Source of the DNA: Planctomycetota bacterium
GTDB taxonomy: Bacteria > Planctomycetota > JAJSAM01 > JAJVHW01
Direction of reading: 5' to 3'
NCBI GenBank assembly: GCA_965248445.1
Contig: CBDFJG010000003.1
Location: 1,568,001 to 1,632,000, forward strand
DNA: 64,000 bases
The first letter of the stretch is position 1, and every line of letters starts with the position of its first letter. The position numbers and the translations under genes were made by a program. The notes under the pieces were generated by a model. That model was not told the origin of the DNA, searched no databases, and saw only the letters and a list, made by a program, of their open reading frames with translations. Below are positions 20,314 through 30,100 of the stretch, one piece after another.

Positions 20314-20871
20314 GTGACGACCGAGCGGCGCCCGTGGATCCGATGGCTCAGGTATGCCGGCATCACCGCGGGCTGCCTGCTCGCACTCGTGGCCGGATTC
20401 GTCGCGTTCGTGAACGCCGGTGCCCCGCCTGCCGCGGACGCACCCTCAGAAGCCCAGCTCGACATGGTCATCCCGACCGACGACGGACCGAAGATGACCG
20501 TGCGCGACATCGCGAACGCGTTCGTGCCGAAGTCGAAGGAACCCATGGGCGCAGCGGACGACGACGAAGAGGGCGACGAGAGCGGAGTGCTCCCCGCGCT
20601 CACGGGGGTGGAGATCTACCGCATCGGGATCGAGCACACGTACGCGGGCCGGCTCGAACTCGGCGAGGCGATCTTGCTGACCATCCCGCGCGGAGATCCC
20701 GCGTACGCGCGGGCGCAGCGCCAGATCGCGCGCTGGGTCTATCTGGCCGGCCGCAACGACCCGAAGGGCGGTGTTCGCTACGCGACGCGTGCCATGTTCG
20801 CCGACCCCGTCGATCCGAAGGTCTGGGAGGACGTCGGCCGCGTGTACCTCGGCGTCGTCGGACTCGACTAG
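20314..20871 (+). CDS. Membrane-anchored hypothetical protein, possibly TPR-like C-terminus
   Basis: N-terminal TM followed by a helical region; coding-like GC3 bias. Confidence 0.6.
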   Translation: MTTERRPWIRWLRYAGITAGCLLALVAGFVAFVNAGAPPAADAPSEAQLDMVIPTDDGPKMTVRDIANAFVPKSKEPMGAADDDEEGDESGVLPALTGVEIYRIGIEHTYAGRLELGEAILLTIPRGDPAYARAQRQIARWVYLAGRNDPKGGVRYATRAMFADPVDPKVWEDVGRVYLGVVGLD

Positions 20872-22181
20872 ACCTGCGGGCGCAGGTGCTCGGGGGCCGG
20901 CGACCATGTCGCGGGATCGGCCGCAGCCTGCTCGCCCGCGCCAAGGTCCTTCACCTCGTGGGTGTCGCCGTCCACGAACCAGACGTACGGAATGCACCGC
21001 TTCTGGGCGTACTTGATCTGCTTCCCGAACTTGACCGGCTCGTGGAAGACCTCGGTCGCGATCCCGCGCGCACGCAGTGACTGTGCGACTGCGCGGGCGC
21101 TGCGTCGGGAGTCCTCGTCGTTCAGGATGACGAGCACGCACGTCGGCACCGGCCGTGACGCCGCAAGACCGCCCTTGCCGAGGACCGTCGCGAGCATGCG
21201 CGTGACGCCGATGGACACACCGTTGCCGGGGAGCTTCACCTTACCGCCGCCGACGAGGTCGTCGTACCGCCCGCCTGAGCACACCGTGCCGAGATCCGCC
21301 TGAGTCGGCATCACGCCCTCGTAGACCGTCCCGGTGTAGTAGTCGAAGCCTCGCGCGATGGAGAGGTCGAACTCGACAGCACCGGCCGGCAGATCGGAGA
21401 GAGCGTCGGCGACGTACGTCAACTCTGACAACCCGTCGTCCAGCAGATCGCCGGAGAGGCCGAGGCCCCGGACGGCGTCAGCGAACGACGCGTCCGTCGT
21501 CTTGATGCGGCCGAGCGCGAGGCAGGTGTCAGCGGCGGACTCCGCGAGACCGACCTCATCGGTCAGCGCCTTGCGCACCTTGTCGGCGCCGATCTTCTGG
21601 AGCTTGTCCACCGTGCGCAGCGCGGCGGTGATGTCGCCGACACCCAGACACTCGTAAGCACCCTGAAGCACCTTCCGGTTGTTGATGCCGATCGTCACCG
21701 GGTCGACGGGCATCGCGCTGACGGTCTCCCACAGAAGGCGCGGCATCTCGGCGTCGAAGTGCAGCGACAGCGTGTCGGTATCGACGACGTCGAGGTCCGC
21801 CTGCAGAAACTCGCGGTACCGCCCCCTCTGCGGCCGCTCCCCGCGCCACACCTTCTGGATCTGGTAGCGCTTGAACGGGTACGCGAGCTGGCCGCGGTTC
21901 TGCGCGACGTAGCGCGCGAACGGAACGGTCAGATCGAAGTGCAGGCCGAGTCCGCTGTCCGACCCGCCCTCCGCCGCCTGCAGACGCCGCAGGACGTAGA
22001 TCTCCTTGTCGGTCTCGCCCTTGGCCTGCAACCGTTCGAGCGGTTCGACGGCGCGCGTCTCGATGGACGCGTAGCCGTAGCTCTCGAAGCGTGCGCGCAG
22101 ATCGTCGAGCACGCGCTGCTCGATTATGCGCTGCGCGGGCAGCCACTCGGGGAAACCGCTGATGGGGTTGATCTTGGACAT
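20868..22181 (-). CDS. hisS: Histidine--tRNA ligase
   Basis: GLHFDLTVPFARY, VWRGERPQRGRYREFLQAD, ARGFDYYTG, SGGRYDDL. Start MSKINPISGFPEW at 22181. Confidence 0.96.
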   Translation of the reverse strand: MSKINPISGFPEWLPAQRIIEQRVLDDLRARFESYGYASIETRAVEPLERLQAKGETDKEIYVLRRLQAAEGGSDSGLGLHFDLTVPFARYVAQNRGQLAYPFKRYQIQKVWRGERPQRGRYREFLQADLDVVDTDTLSLHFDAEMPRLLWETVSAMPVDPVTIGINNRKVLQGAYECLGVGDITAALRTVDKLQKIGADKVRKALTDEVGLAESAADTCLALGRIKTTDASFADAVRGLGLSGDLLDDGLSELTYVADALSDLPAGAVEFDLSIARGFDYYTGTVYEGVMPTQADLGTVCSGGRYDDLVGGGKVKLPGNGVSIGVTRMLATVLGKGGLAASRPVPTCVLVILNDEDSRRSARAVAQSLRARGIATEVFHEPVKFGKQIKYAQKRCIPYVWFVDGDTHEVKDLGAGEQAAADPATWSPAPEHLRPQV

Positions 22182-22184
22182 CGT

Positions 22185-22292
22185 CTGACGCGCCGGAATT
22201 CTCTGACTCGCCGAGTTCCTCTGACTCGCCGAGCCAGGGTAGCGCCGCACGCCGTCAGTCGCGGAGGTCGATCACGGGGCGTCAGTCGCGGA
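22185..22292. repeat. Short direct repeats upstream of hisS
   Basis: Three imperfect ~18-nt copies of tctgactcgccgagttcc (22185-22235), plus a 13-nt duplication cgtcagtcgcgga (22253-22265 and 22280-22292). Confidence 0.6.
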
Positions 22293-24054
22293 AGCGGGCA
22301 CTCTCGGTGTTGCGCCGCAGGAACTCCCGGGCGTCGTCGGGCTCGAAGCCCTCGACGACGACGACGATGCGCTCCTCGCGGTTGGCGATGACGCCCGCCG
22401 CGTCTCCGACCGCGTACTGGAAGATGCCCTGTGAGACCTCGTCGGCGCTGCGTGCCGCGCGCAGCGCCGCAGCGAACTCATTCGCGTCGGCCTGCGAGTC
22501 GAACACCACGGTCGTGGCGATGGCAGCCGCGCCATCGGGTCCGGAGTAGACGACGCGGATGTCTCCGTCCCAGCCCTCCGCGGCGCGGCGCGCCTCGAAG
22601 AACGACGCACCGTGCGCACCCAGGAAGCGGATCATGCCGACCTCTCCGAGCACGGCCCTCGTGCGTGTGCGCCAGCCGTCGGGCTTCCAGTCCGGTTCAC
22701 TCACCGCACTCGGCATGTCGCGCGGAACGCGAATCAGCTTCTCAGGGTGCAGGCACTGCTCCGTAGTCTCGGGAGGTCGGGAGTACAACTCGTTGACGCC
22801 CTCCCACCCCCGCTCCAGCCAGACCGAAGCGACCATGTACCGACCCAACCCGTACTCGATCCCTAGGCCCCAGACCGGCACGGCCGCCGCGGCGTCCGTC
22901 AGGGAGCGGTCGTAGTCGCGGAACATCCACCTCCGTTTCGCGCGGCGGTCGACGTTTGACGCTGCGGTGCTGCGCAGCGACGCGTCGAGGCCTGTGCGCT
23001 GATCGATCTTCGTCCGAATGACGTCTTCCACGAACTCGGGATCGCCCTCCACGAGGCTGCGCAGCGCGAGGGCACGGTCGAAGTTCACGACGTACCCTCG
23101 AAGGTGGCTGAACGCGTTCTCGAGGCGAGGGAAGTGATCCGCTTGCATCGCGTGCATGTGCTCGTGGGCCAGCAGCAGGTGGAGGTCTCGCGGATCCTCC
23201 TCGTCGGTGATGATCGTGATCCGGTGCGTGCTGGATGAGAAGTACCCCGCCGTGTTCTCCGCGCGCGCGTTTCCCACGGTATCGGCGTCGAGCTCCGCCT
23301 GACCGATCGTGTTGCGCGCCGCAGCGAGCACTCCGGAGTCCGATGCGCGCATCCACCCCACCGAGTCCTCGGCGTGGGCCTCGCGAGCGCCGTACACGAT
23401 CCTCGCCTCGCGACGGAACGCGAGCCCGCGAGCCTGCTGCACGCCCGCGCGGATCGAGGGCAGGCTGACGCCGCGCACGATCGCTTCGTACTTCGCCGGA
23501 TCGAGTTCCGAGGAGCGACGGTGATGGTCGAACCACCGGCTGTGAAACCCGCGCAGCTGTGACAGCGTCGCCAGATTGTGGTGGGCGTCGGCCGCGCGAT
23601 GGCCGAGGTCGATGGCGTATTGGTACATCTCCATCGCCCGCAGCTCGTCGCCGAAGTCCCACTCGAGTTCGGCGGTGTCGAACCACACCGCGCCGTCCGC
23701 CGGCTGCAGCTTTCTTGCGACGCCGAGCGCGTGGCGAGCCTCCTCGACCTGGCCCTGCCGCGCGGTGACACGGCCGAGGCCCTTCCAGCCGAGCATCAAC
23801 TCCGGGGCAAGTTGCACGGCGGTCCGCAGGCGGCGCCGTGCGCCGAGGAGATCGCCCTCCGCCTCGAAGATCCGGGCGCGTGAGATCAGAAGGCGCGCGT
23901 CGTTGCGCTTCTCGGCGAGGGTCGGCTCCGGCCGCGGCGGCTCCACGAGCTCGACGGACGTGAGCGTGAGGGAGACATGGACTTGGAGGACGACGATGGC
24001 GATGCACGCCACCGAGAGCGTCAACCATCTCAGCCCTCGCTCCAACCGAACCAT
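22282..24054 (-). CDS. TPR-repeat protein fused to a putative zinc metallopeptidase domain
   Basis: N-terminal TM; TPR-like helices; AHEHMHAMQ (HExxH), EGDPE, PETTEQCLHPEK, AAEGWDGD. Confidence 0.8.
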   Translation of the reverse strand: MVRLERGLRWLTLSVACIAIVVLQVHVSLTLTSVELVEPPRPEPTLAEKRNDARLLISRARIFEAEGDLLGARRRLRTAVQLAPELMLGWKGLGRVTARQGQVEEARHALGVARKLQPADGAVWFDTAELEWDFGDELRAMEMYQYAIDLGHRAADAHHNLATLSQLRGFHSRWFDHHRRSSELDPAKYEAIVRGVSLPSIRAGVQQARGLAFRREARIVYGAREAHAEDSVGWMRASDSGVLAAARNTIGQAELDADTVGNARAENTAGYFSSSTHRITIITDEEDPRDLHLLLAHEHMHAMQADHFPRLENAFSHLRGYVVNFDRALALRSLVEGDPEFVEDVIRTKIDQRTGLDASLRSTAASNVDRRAKRRWMFRDYDRSLTDAAAAVPVWGLGIEYGLGRYMVASVWLERGWEGVNELYSRPPETTEQCLHPEKLIRVPRDMPSAVSEPDWKPDGWRTRTRAVLGEVGMIRFLGAHGASFFEARRAAEGWDGDIRVVYSGPDGAAAIATTVVFDSQADANEFAAALRAARSADEVSQGIFQYAVGDAAGVIANREERIVVVVEGFEPDDAREFLRRNTESARFRD

Positions 24055-24108
24055 GTCACGCCCCCGGACGGGCCCTGCGCTCCCCCAAGCTACCAGCGAT
24101 TGGCGCGG

Positions 24109-27100
24109 TCACTCTCTCCGGGTCACCAGCAGGGTGAGCAGCACGAGACCGGCAAGGACGAGGACGGGCGTGCTCAAGAAGCGCGGCCGACCCTTGCGCT
24201 CCTCGAGGAGGGTCATTCCGGGCCGGTCGAGCGTCTCCACCAGAGTATCCGCATCCGACGCGACCGCGGTTCCGGCGTCCTCGTCGGCGTCGAGGAAAGC
24301 CACCAGCTCGAGCAAGGGCTCGGGGTCGTCCTTCGTGTCCACCCACCGGCGGACGATCTGCAGCGCAGGCAGCGTCTTGCGGTCCATGATCTCGACCAAC
24401 TCGAAGTCGAGTGACTTGCCATACGCCTGGTGGATGACTTCCGTGCAGACCAGTTTGTCGGTTGAGAAGAAATCGAAGTCGAAGTCGTACGGCTTGCCCA
24501 GGTGGGAGAACGCGCGCGCGATGGCTTCGTCAATCGTGGCCTGCGGCAGCAAGGGACGCAGCACGCAGACTGCATCCGCCCCCCCCACCGAGTACTCGAG
24601 CGAGGTGAACACGACACCGTCGGAGATGGACTCGATCACGACACGTTCGCCGCCGTGGGGGTCCGGTAGGTCCAGATCGCTCACGTGCGGAGAAACGCGC
24701 TCGTCGTTGTGCAGCCCCAACTTCTCGATGTCGGCGCGGCTCCCGATGTAGAGCGCGGAGTGCGGCCAGAAGCCGGGCAGGAACGCGTTGGAGAGGTACC
24801 AGTTGCGGCGTTCGATGAGGATGTCGCCGGGACGCAGCTCACGACGCAGGTCCTCGACCTGCTTCTCACTGATCAGCCCGCCGTCGCCCGGCCGCTGACG
24901 CACGCGCGCATCACCGATCCACGTCGAGACGACAGCCGACACTTTGTAGATGCCGTCCTCGCCAAGATTGACGGTGTGCCTGAGCGAGTGCTTCACCTTG
25001 TACTTGACGACACGTTCCGAGAGCTGCTCCACGACGCGCGCACCGCGCTCGGCCTCGCGAGCCAGTCGCTCCCACGGTTCGCCACGTGGCAGCTTCCCGC
25101 CGTGATCGAGTTCGGCAAACGCCTCGGACCCCGCGGCCAGCGCCTCGAGAGCGGCGCGGTCGCCCAGGCGTGCCCGGATCTTGTTGAACATGCGCGGTGG
25201 CACGCCACGGGCCGGATCGGCCTCGTTGAGCTTGCGCTTGGCCTCGTCGTCGTCTCCGAACGTGTCGATGAACTGCATCTCGCGCGCGCACAGCTCGACG
25301 GTCGCGGTGTGCGCCAGGACGAGGGCGCGAGCGGTAGCGTCGTCGTCGCGCGTGTCGGGCGTCTCGCGGTAGTACCAAGCGATGCGTACGAGCCCTTGGC
25401 GGACATGCAGGAACCGCGCCAGAGCCATGTGAATCGCCAGATCGTCGGCCGGGGTGTAGTAGTCGCGACGCCCCTCGCGGAAGTCCTCGCGCAGTTCGAT
25501 CTCGGCCTGGTCGAGCGTGTCCAACGCATCCAGGTAGCCGGCGAGTGCGAGTGCATCGCGTTCCACCACGAGATCGGCCTGATCGGCCGGCAGTCGCATC
25601 CACGGAGACGGCACGTCCACGAGTTGATCGGGTACGGCCTCCTCGCAGCCGCGGATGACGAAGAACGCGGCCACCACGCCGGCCACGAGAAGGGCCCTGC
25701 GCACGAGGATCTTCATGCGCTGCCGCCGCTCTGCCTTGCGCAGGACCTCCGCCTCGGTCGGCAGGACCTGCTCACCGGCCTCCTCCTGGTACCGGACGAG
25801 CGCCTGGTGCACATACCACACGAGGCGGCTCCGCGACTCCCGGGCGGCAGCCAGCGCCTTGCGCTGGATGAACGCCGGAGAGAGCGCCAGCAGGCGGTGG
25901 TACCACGCGCGTGCGTGCCGCCGGTAACGCACCATGAACATCGTGCACGCGACGAGGATTCCGATGAACGCGAGCGACGCCCAGTGGCTCTGCGACCAGT
26001 CGTGGAACAGCCCGCCGATCACTCCGTAGAAAAGCAGGAACGCGAATCCGCCCACGACGACGCGCGTGACGGGCAGCGCGGCCTCGCCGCCACCCGTTCG
26101 GATGTAGCGGCGGGAGATGTACTCCGTGAGTCGCACCGGGAGCAGGCTGACCACAAACCCGATGGCGAAGATCGGGAAGCCCAGGATCAACTCGATGAAC
26201 AACCCGATGAACGTCAGGAACCAGCGCCTCTTGTGCCCGCGGACACGCAGCGCCGCTTCGCGCACCTTGCTGTCACCGGCCAATTCGACGTACTGGTCGT
26301 GGCGTCGCCGCACCTCGTCGATCACGGCGGGGTCGGTGGCCAGGAAGTGGTTGAACGCGAGGCTCGCGATGCGTTCGGACTCCGGGCGCGACGCGACTTC
26401 GCGCCCGGCCGCCTTCTGGTGCGCGCGATACGCCCTCGCGACGCCGTGCACGAGCGGCGCGAGATCCGGCCGCTCCATGTGGATCATCAACGGCTCGATG
26501 GCATCCCGAATGCGCTGCTGGACGACCGGGATCGACTCCTCGAACGGCCGCGCGGCAACGTCCTCGCACGTGAACGGCTGGCCGATGTTGACGTAGGCGT
26601 CGCCTCGGAACGCCTGCTCCGGACGGAACGACAGCCCGACGGGGACGATGGGGATCATCAGTCCCGCACCGCTCATCTGCTGCGCCACGAGCGCGATCTT
26701 CGCGGCGCCGGCCTTGACGACGCCGAGCCGCGGCTCGAGGTGGGAGAACCCCTCGGGGAAGATCGCGCAGACGTCGCCTGCGTGCAGCCCCGCCACGAAC
26801 GCGGAGTACGTGTCCTGGTTGCGCGTCGGGTCCGAGTCCTTGTCCTGTCGGCGGTGGATCGGGATGCCGCCGGTCCCCCGCAGGATCGGACCCCAGATCT
26901 TGTTGTGGAACAACGGCTCCTTGGCACCGAAGCGCACTGCCCGCGGGATCGCGCTGATCAGCGCGCCGGCGTCGAGAACCGAGTTCGGGTGGTTGACGAC
27001 CAGGAGGACGGGGCCCTGCGGCGGGACGTTGGCTGCGCCGATGACCTTGAACGACCGGTAGTACACCCGCGTGATCAACCACGCGAGCGTGAGCGCGAAT

Positions 27101-27120
27101 CGTCTCCACAAAGGCGACAC
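24109..27120 (-). CDS. Fusion of a glycerolipid (PlsC/GPAT-like) acyltransferase and a YiiX/YebB-like permuted NlpC/P60 domain
   Basis: NHPNSVLD and IFPEG acyltransferase motifs, then TM helices, then PGDILIERRNWYLSNAFLPGFWPHSALY...GKPYDFDFDFFSTDKLVCTEV. Confidence 0.85.
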   Translation of the reverse strand: MSPLWRRFALTLAWLITRVYYRSFKVIGAANVPPQGPVLLVVNHPNSVLDAGALISAIPRAVRFGAKEPLFHNKIWGPILRGTGGIPIHRRQDKDSDPTRNQDTYSAFVAGLHAGDVCAIFPEGFSHLEPRLGVVKAGAAKIALVAQQMSGAGLMIPIVPVGLSFRPEQAFRGDAYVNIGQPFTCEDVAARPFEESIPVVQQRIRDAIEPLMIHMERPDLAPLVHGVARAYRAHQKAAGREVASRPESERIASLAFNHFLATDPAVIDEVRRRHDQYVELAGDSKVREAALRVRGHKRRWFLTFIGLFIELILGFPIFAIGFVVSLLPVRLTEYISRRYIRTGGGEAALPVTRVVVGGFAFLLFYGVIGGLFHDWSQSHWASLAFIGILVACTMFMVRYRRHARAWYHRLLALSPAFIQRKALAAARESRSRLVWYVHQALVRYQEEAGEQVLPTEAEVLRKAERRQRMKILVRRALLVAGVVAAFFVIRGCEEAVPDQLVDVPSPWMRLPADQADLVVERDALALAGYLDALDTLDQAEIELREDFREGRRDYYTPADDLAIHMALARFLHVRQGLVRIAWYYRETPDTRDDDATARALVLAHTATVELCAREMQFIDTFGDDDEAKRKLNEADPARGVPPRMFNKIRARLGDRAALEALAAGSEAFAELDHGGKLPRGEPWERLAREAERGARVVEQLSERVVKYKVKHSLRHTVNLGEDGIYKVSAVVSTWIGDARVRQRPGDGGLISEKQVEDLRRELRPGDILIERRNWYLSNAFLPGFWPHSALYIGSRADIEKLGLHNDERVSPHVSDLDLPDPHGGERVVIESISDGVVFTSLEYSVGGADAVCVLRPLLPQATIDEAIARAFSHLGKPYDFDFDFFSTDKLVCTEVIHQAYGKSLDFELVEIMDRKTLPALQIVRRWVDTKDDPEPLLELVAFLDADEDAGTAVASDADTLVETLDRPGMTLLEERKGRPRFLSTPVLVLAGLVLLTLLVTRRE

Positions 27121-27164
27121 GGGCGCAGGCTATACGAGTGGCCGGTCAGGCCATCGGCGGCGGG

Positions 27165-30100
27165 TCACGAACTGCGACGGCGGAGGGAGAAGCCTCGCAT
27201 CGCGTAGATCGACAGGCCGTCCACGGCGAGCGTCCCGTCGGCCGTGACGGTGCCGAGCTCGTCGTCGAACACCACGTTCCGCGCCTCGACCGAGACCCGC
27301 CGCGCGGAGGGAGTCACCTGTCCGCGGTAGGTCCACTCGTGCTCCATACCGGGAGACGTGGCCGACGCATCGAACGCCGCCTCGGCGCCCCATCGCTCGG
27401 CCGCTGCGATCTGAAGCAGTTGCACGAGCGCCTCGAGGCCGAGAGATCCCGGCCACACGGGGTCGTCCTTGAAGTGAGCGTCGAAGAACCAGGCCGACTC
27501 GTCGACGTCGATCCCGCCGCGGACGATGCCCTCGTCCAGATCCAGCCGCTCGATCTCAGCGACCATGCGCCAGCTCTCAGCAAGCGGCAGCGCAGCCTTG
27601 CGCGGGGCCAGTGCGACCGAGTCCTGGGTGAAGGCACCGAGGCCCTCCTGCCGCGCGAGGGAGTCCTCGGTGAAGAATCCGAAGTAGGACGTGCCGTCGT
27701 AGACGAGGTCACCGTCCTCGCGCACCTCGAACGCGTAGTTCTGCACGATCATGTCGCCGGCGGACGAGACGCTGGTACAGGTTGCGCGCGTCGTCAACCG
27801 GGCACCGGCGCGGACGTCCCGGTGGACGGTTGCCTGTCCGCCGAGGTTGCGGAAGCGCAGGTCGTTCGGACTCGTGAGCGCCGAGCCCATGTAGGCGGCG
27901 AACCACCCGCACGCCTGGAGCGCGATCTCGTTGAGCACGGCATACGGCATCGCAGTGCGGCCGGAAGCCGCGAAGTACCACGCGTCGCCGGGGACCTCGT
28001 AGGCGGCCTGGATCGTGCCGCCCTCCTGCATGGCAAACGGAGGCGCTGCAAGCGGATCGACGGAGTCGATGAACGAGAACGGCGGCGCCGGCAGCCGCGC
28101 CACGAAACGCGCGGTGTCGAACGCAGCGTACACCGGACCCCAGGCGTCGGACGGACGCCCGGTGGCAAACGCGAGAATTCCCTCCCGCGTCGTGGCCGGG
28201 AGGGCGCAATCGTCTGCACGGAACAGCGACTCGACCTCTTCCCTCGTCGTGCCGGAGACGCGCAGAGACATGTCCGTCATCTGCACGACCAACCGGCCGT
28301 CGGCGTACATGAGCGCATCGGCGATCGCGTACGGCTCGGGGCCGTAGCCGATCTCCTTGACGTGCACCTCGTACTGGGAGACGCGCGTCGAGGCGATCAC
28401 CTGACCGCGGCATTGGAGGCTGCTGGCAATGCCGGGAACCGGTTCGTACACCACGCTGTCGCGCTCGCCCACGAAGCCGAGGCGCATGAGGAACACGCGC
28501 AGAGTGTGCAGCGAGCACTCGTACATCAGCGTGCCGGGCATCACCTCGTCGTCCACGAAGTGGCACGTCAGGAACCAGTCGTCAGGGTGAATGTCGGTCT
28601 CGCCGCGCACGAACCCGCTGCCGAAGCGGCCGCCGTCCGGATCGAGGTCGGTGATGCGGTCGATCAACGCAAGACGACCGGACGGCATCGGAGCGGGGTC
28701 ACGAAGCCCTTCGAACTCCGCCCCGAACGCCGCCGCCAGGTCGCCGCGGCCGAGCGCCGCCATCCCGTCCTCGTCCAGTGACGTGCGTTTGACGTCGGCC
28801 GGCGGCCGCCAGTCCTCGGGCAGCACGCCCGACGCGGGCGCTCTGTCCTCTTCCGTCAGCACGACACCCTTGCCCGACGCCAGTTCCTCGTTCGTGAAGA
28901 AGCCGGCGCAGCCGTCGCGCATCGTCAGCAGGGGCCGGCCGTCGACACTGCCCTCGAACTGGAAACGGAAGAGATGTGTCTCGCCCTGCCGGAACCAGTT
29001 CAGGATGCGAATGTCGTAGCGGATCACGGCGCCGGGCCGCGGCAGCGGTGAGTGGAACGTCACCTCGGCGTCCAGCAACCGGTAGACAGCATCGCCCCAG
29101 GTGAGGAAGTCCACGCCCATGAAGGCGGAGAGGAACAGGTCGGCCTGACCGGACTCGATCGCAATCGAAGTCGGGATGCGGTCGAGATCCAGGTACCAAC
29201 CGTCGTCGAGCACGTCGTGCTCCGTGACAATGCGCCCCGGGCCGATGCGGCCCTGGTCCGCTTCGACCGACACGATGCGGTCGACGAGCATCAGCGGCTC
29301 GTCCGGTAGCCGCACGCGCGTGGGATGAGCGTCGACCGCCGCGAACTCCGGTCCGAGCACATCACCGATGCGCCCCCGGCCGAACGTCAAGCACGCCTCG
29401 CGGTCGAAGGCGACGTCGGTCCGCGGCGGCGCCGCCACCGTTGCTACGGACGCCCCGCCTGCGACGAGTGCCATCTGCGCCTGCATGTTCGCCTCGGCCA
29501 GTTGCGCGGAACGTGCACTCACCCGCAGGAACGCGTAGTGCGCCGCTGTGCGCGCCGCGCTGGCCCCGGCCACTGCCGCTGCAAGTCCGTCCGAGAGCGG
29601 CGGAGGCTGCGGCGACGCCACCGGCGGCCGCGGAACGTCGAACGGCGCCCCCCGCGCGCGCAGCGCGACGAGCGGTCCGGCACCCGGCCTGGCCTCGTAG
29701 TCGCGGTAGAGCGACAACAGGTCCAGGTCGACTCCGTGTGATGCGAGCGTCGCCAGTCCCTCGAACAGCGACTCGAGCGGATCACGATTACGCGGGCACA
29801 GGGCCACGGTGGCGTGCGGGCGGTCGGCCAGGATCTCGCCGATCATGCGCGTGCACGACGCACCCGGTCCGACCTCCACGAAGATGCGCACGCCGTCGTC
29901 GTACGCCTGCCGCACGAGCTTTGGGAAGTCGAACCCGTGGAGCGCGCCCTCGGTGATCGAGTCGGCGCACGCGTCGGGGCCCGGCTCGTACTCCCGGCCC
30001 CAAGCGGCACTGTAAAAGCGAACGCCGTCGACGGGAGACGCGTCCGGGAACATATGCAGCGCGCGGTACCGATCGCGGACCGGCTCGACGACCTCGCAAT

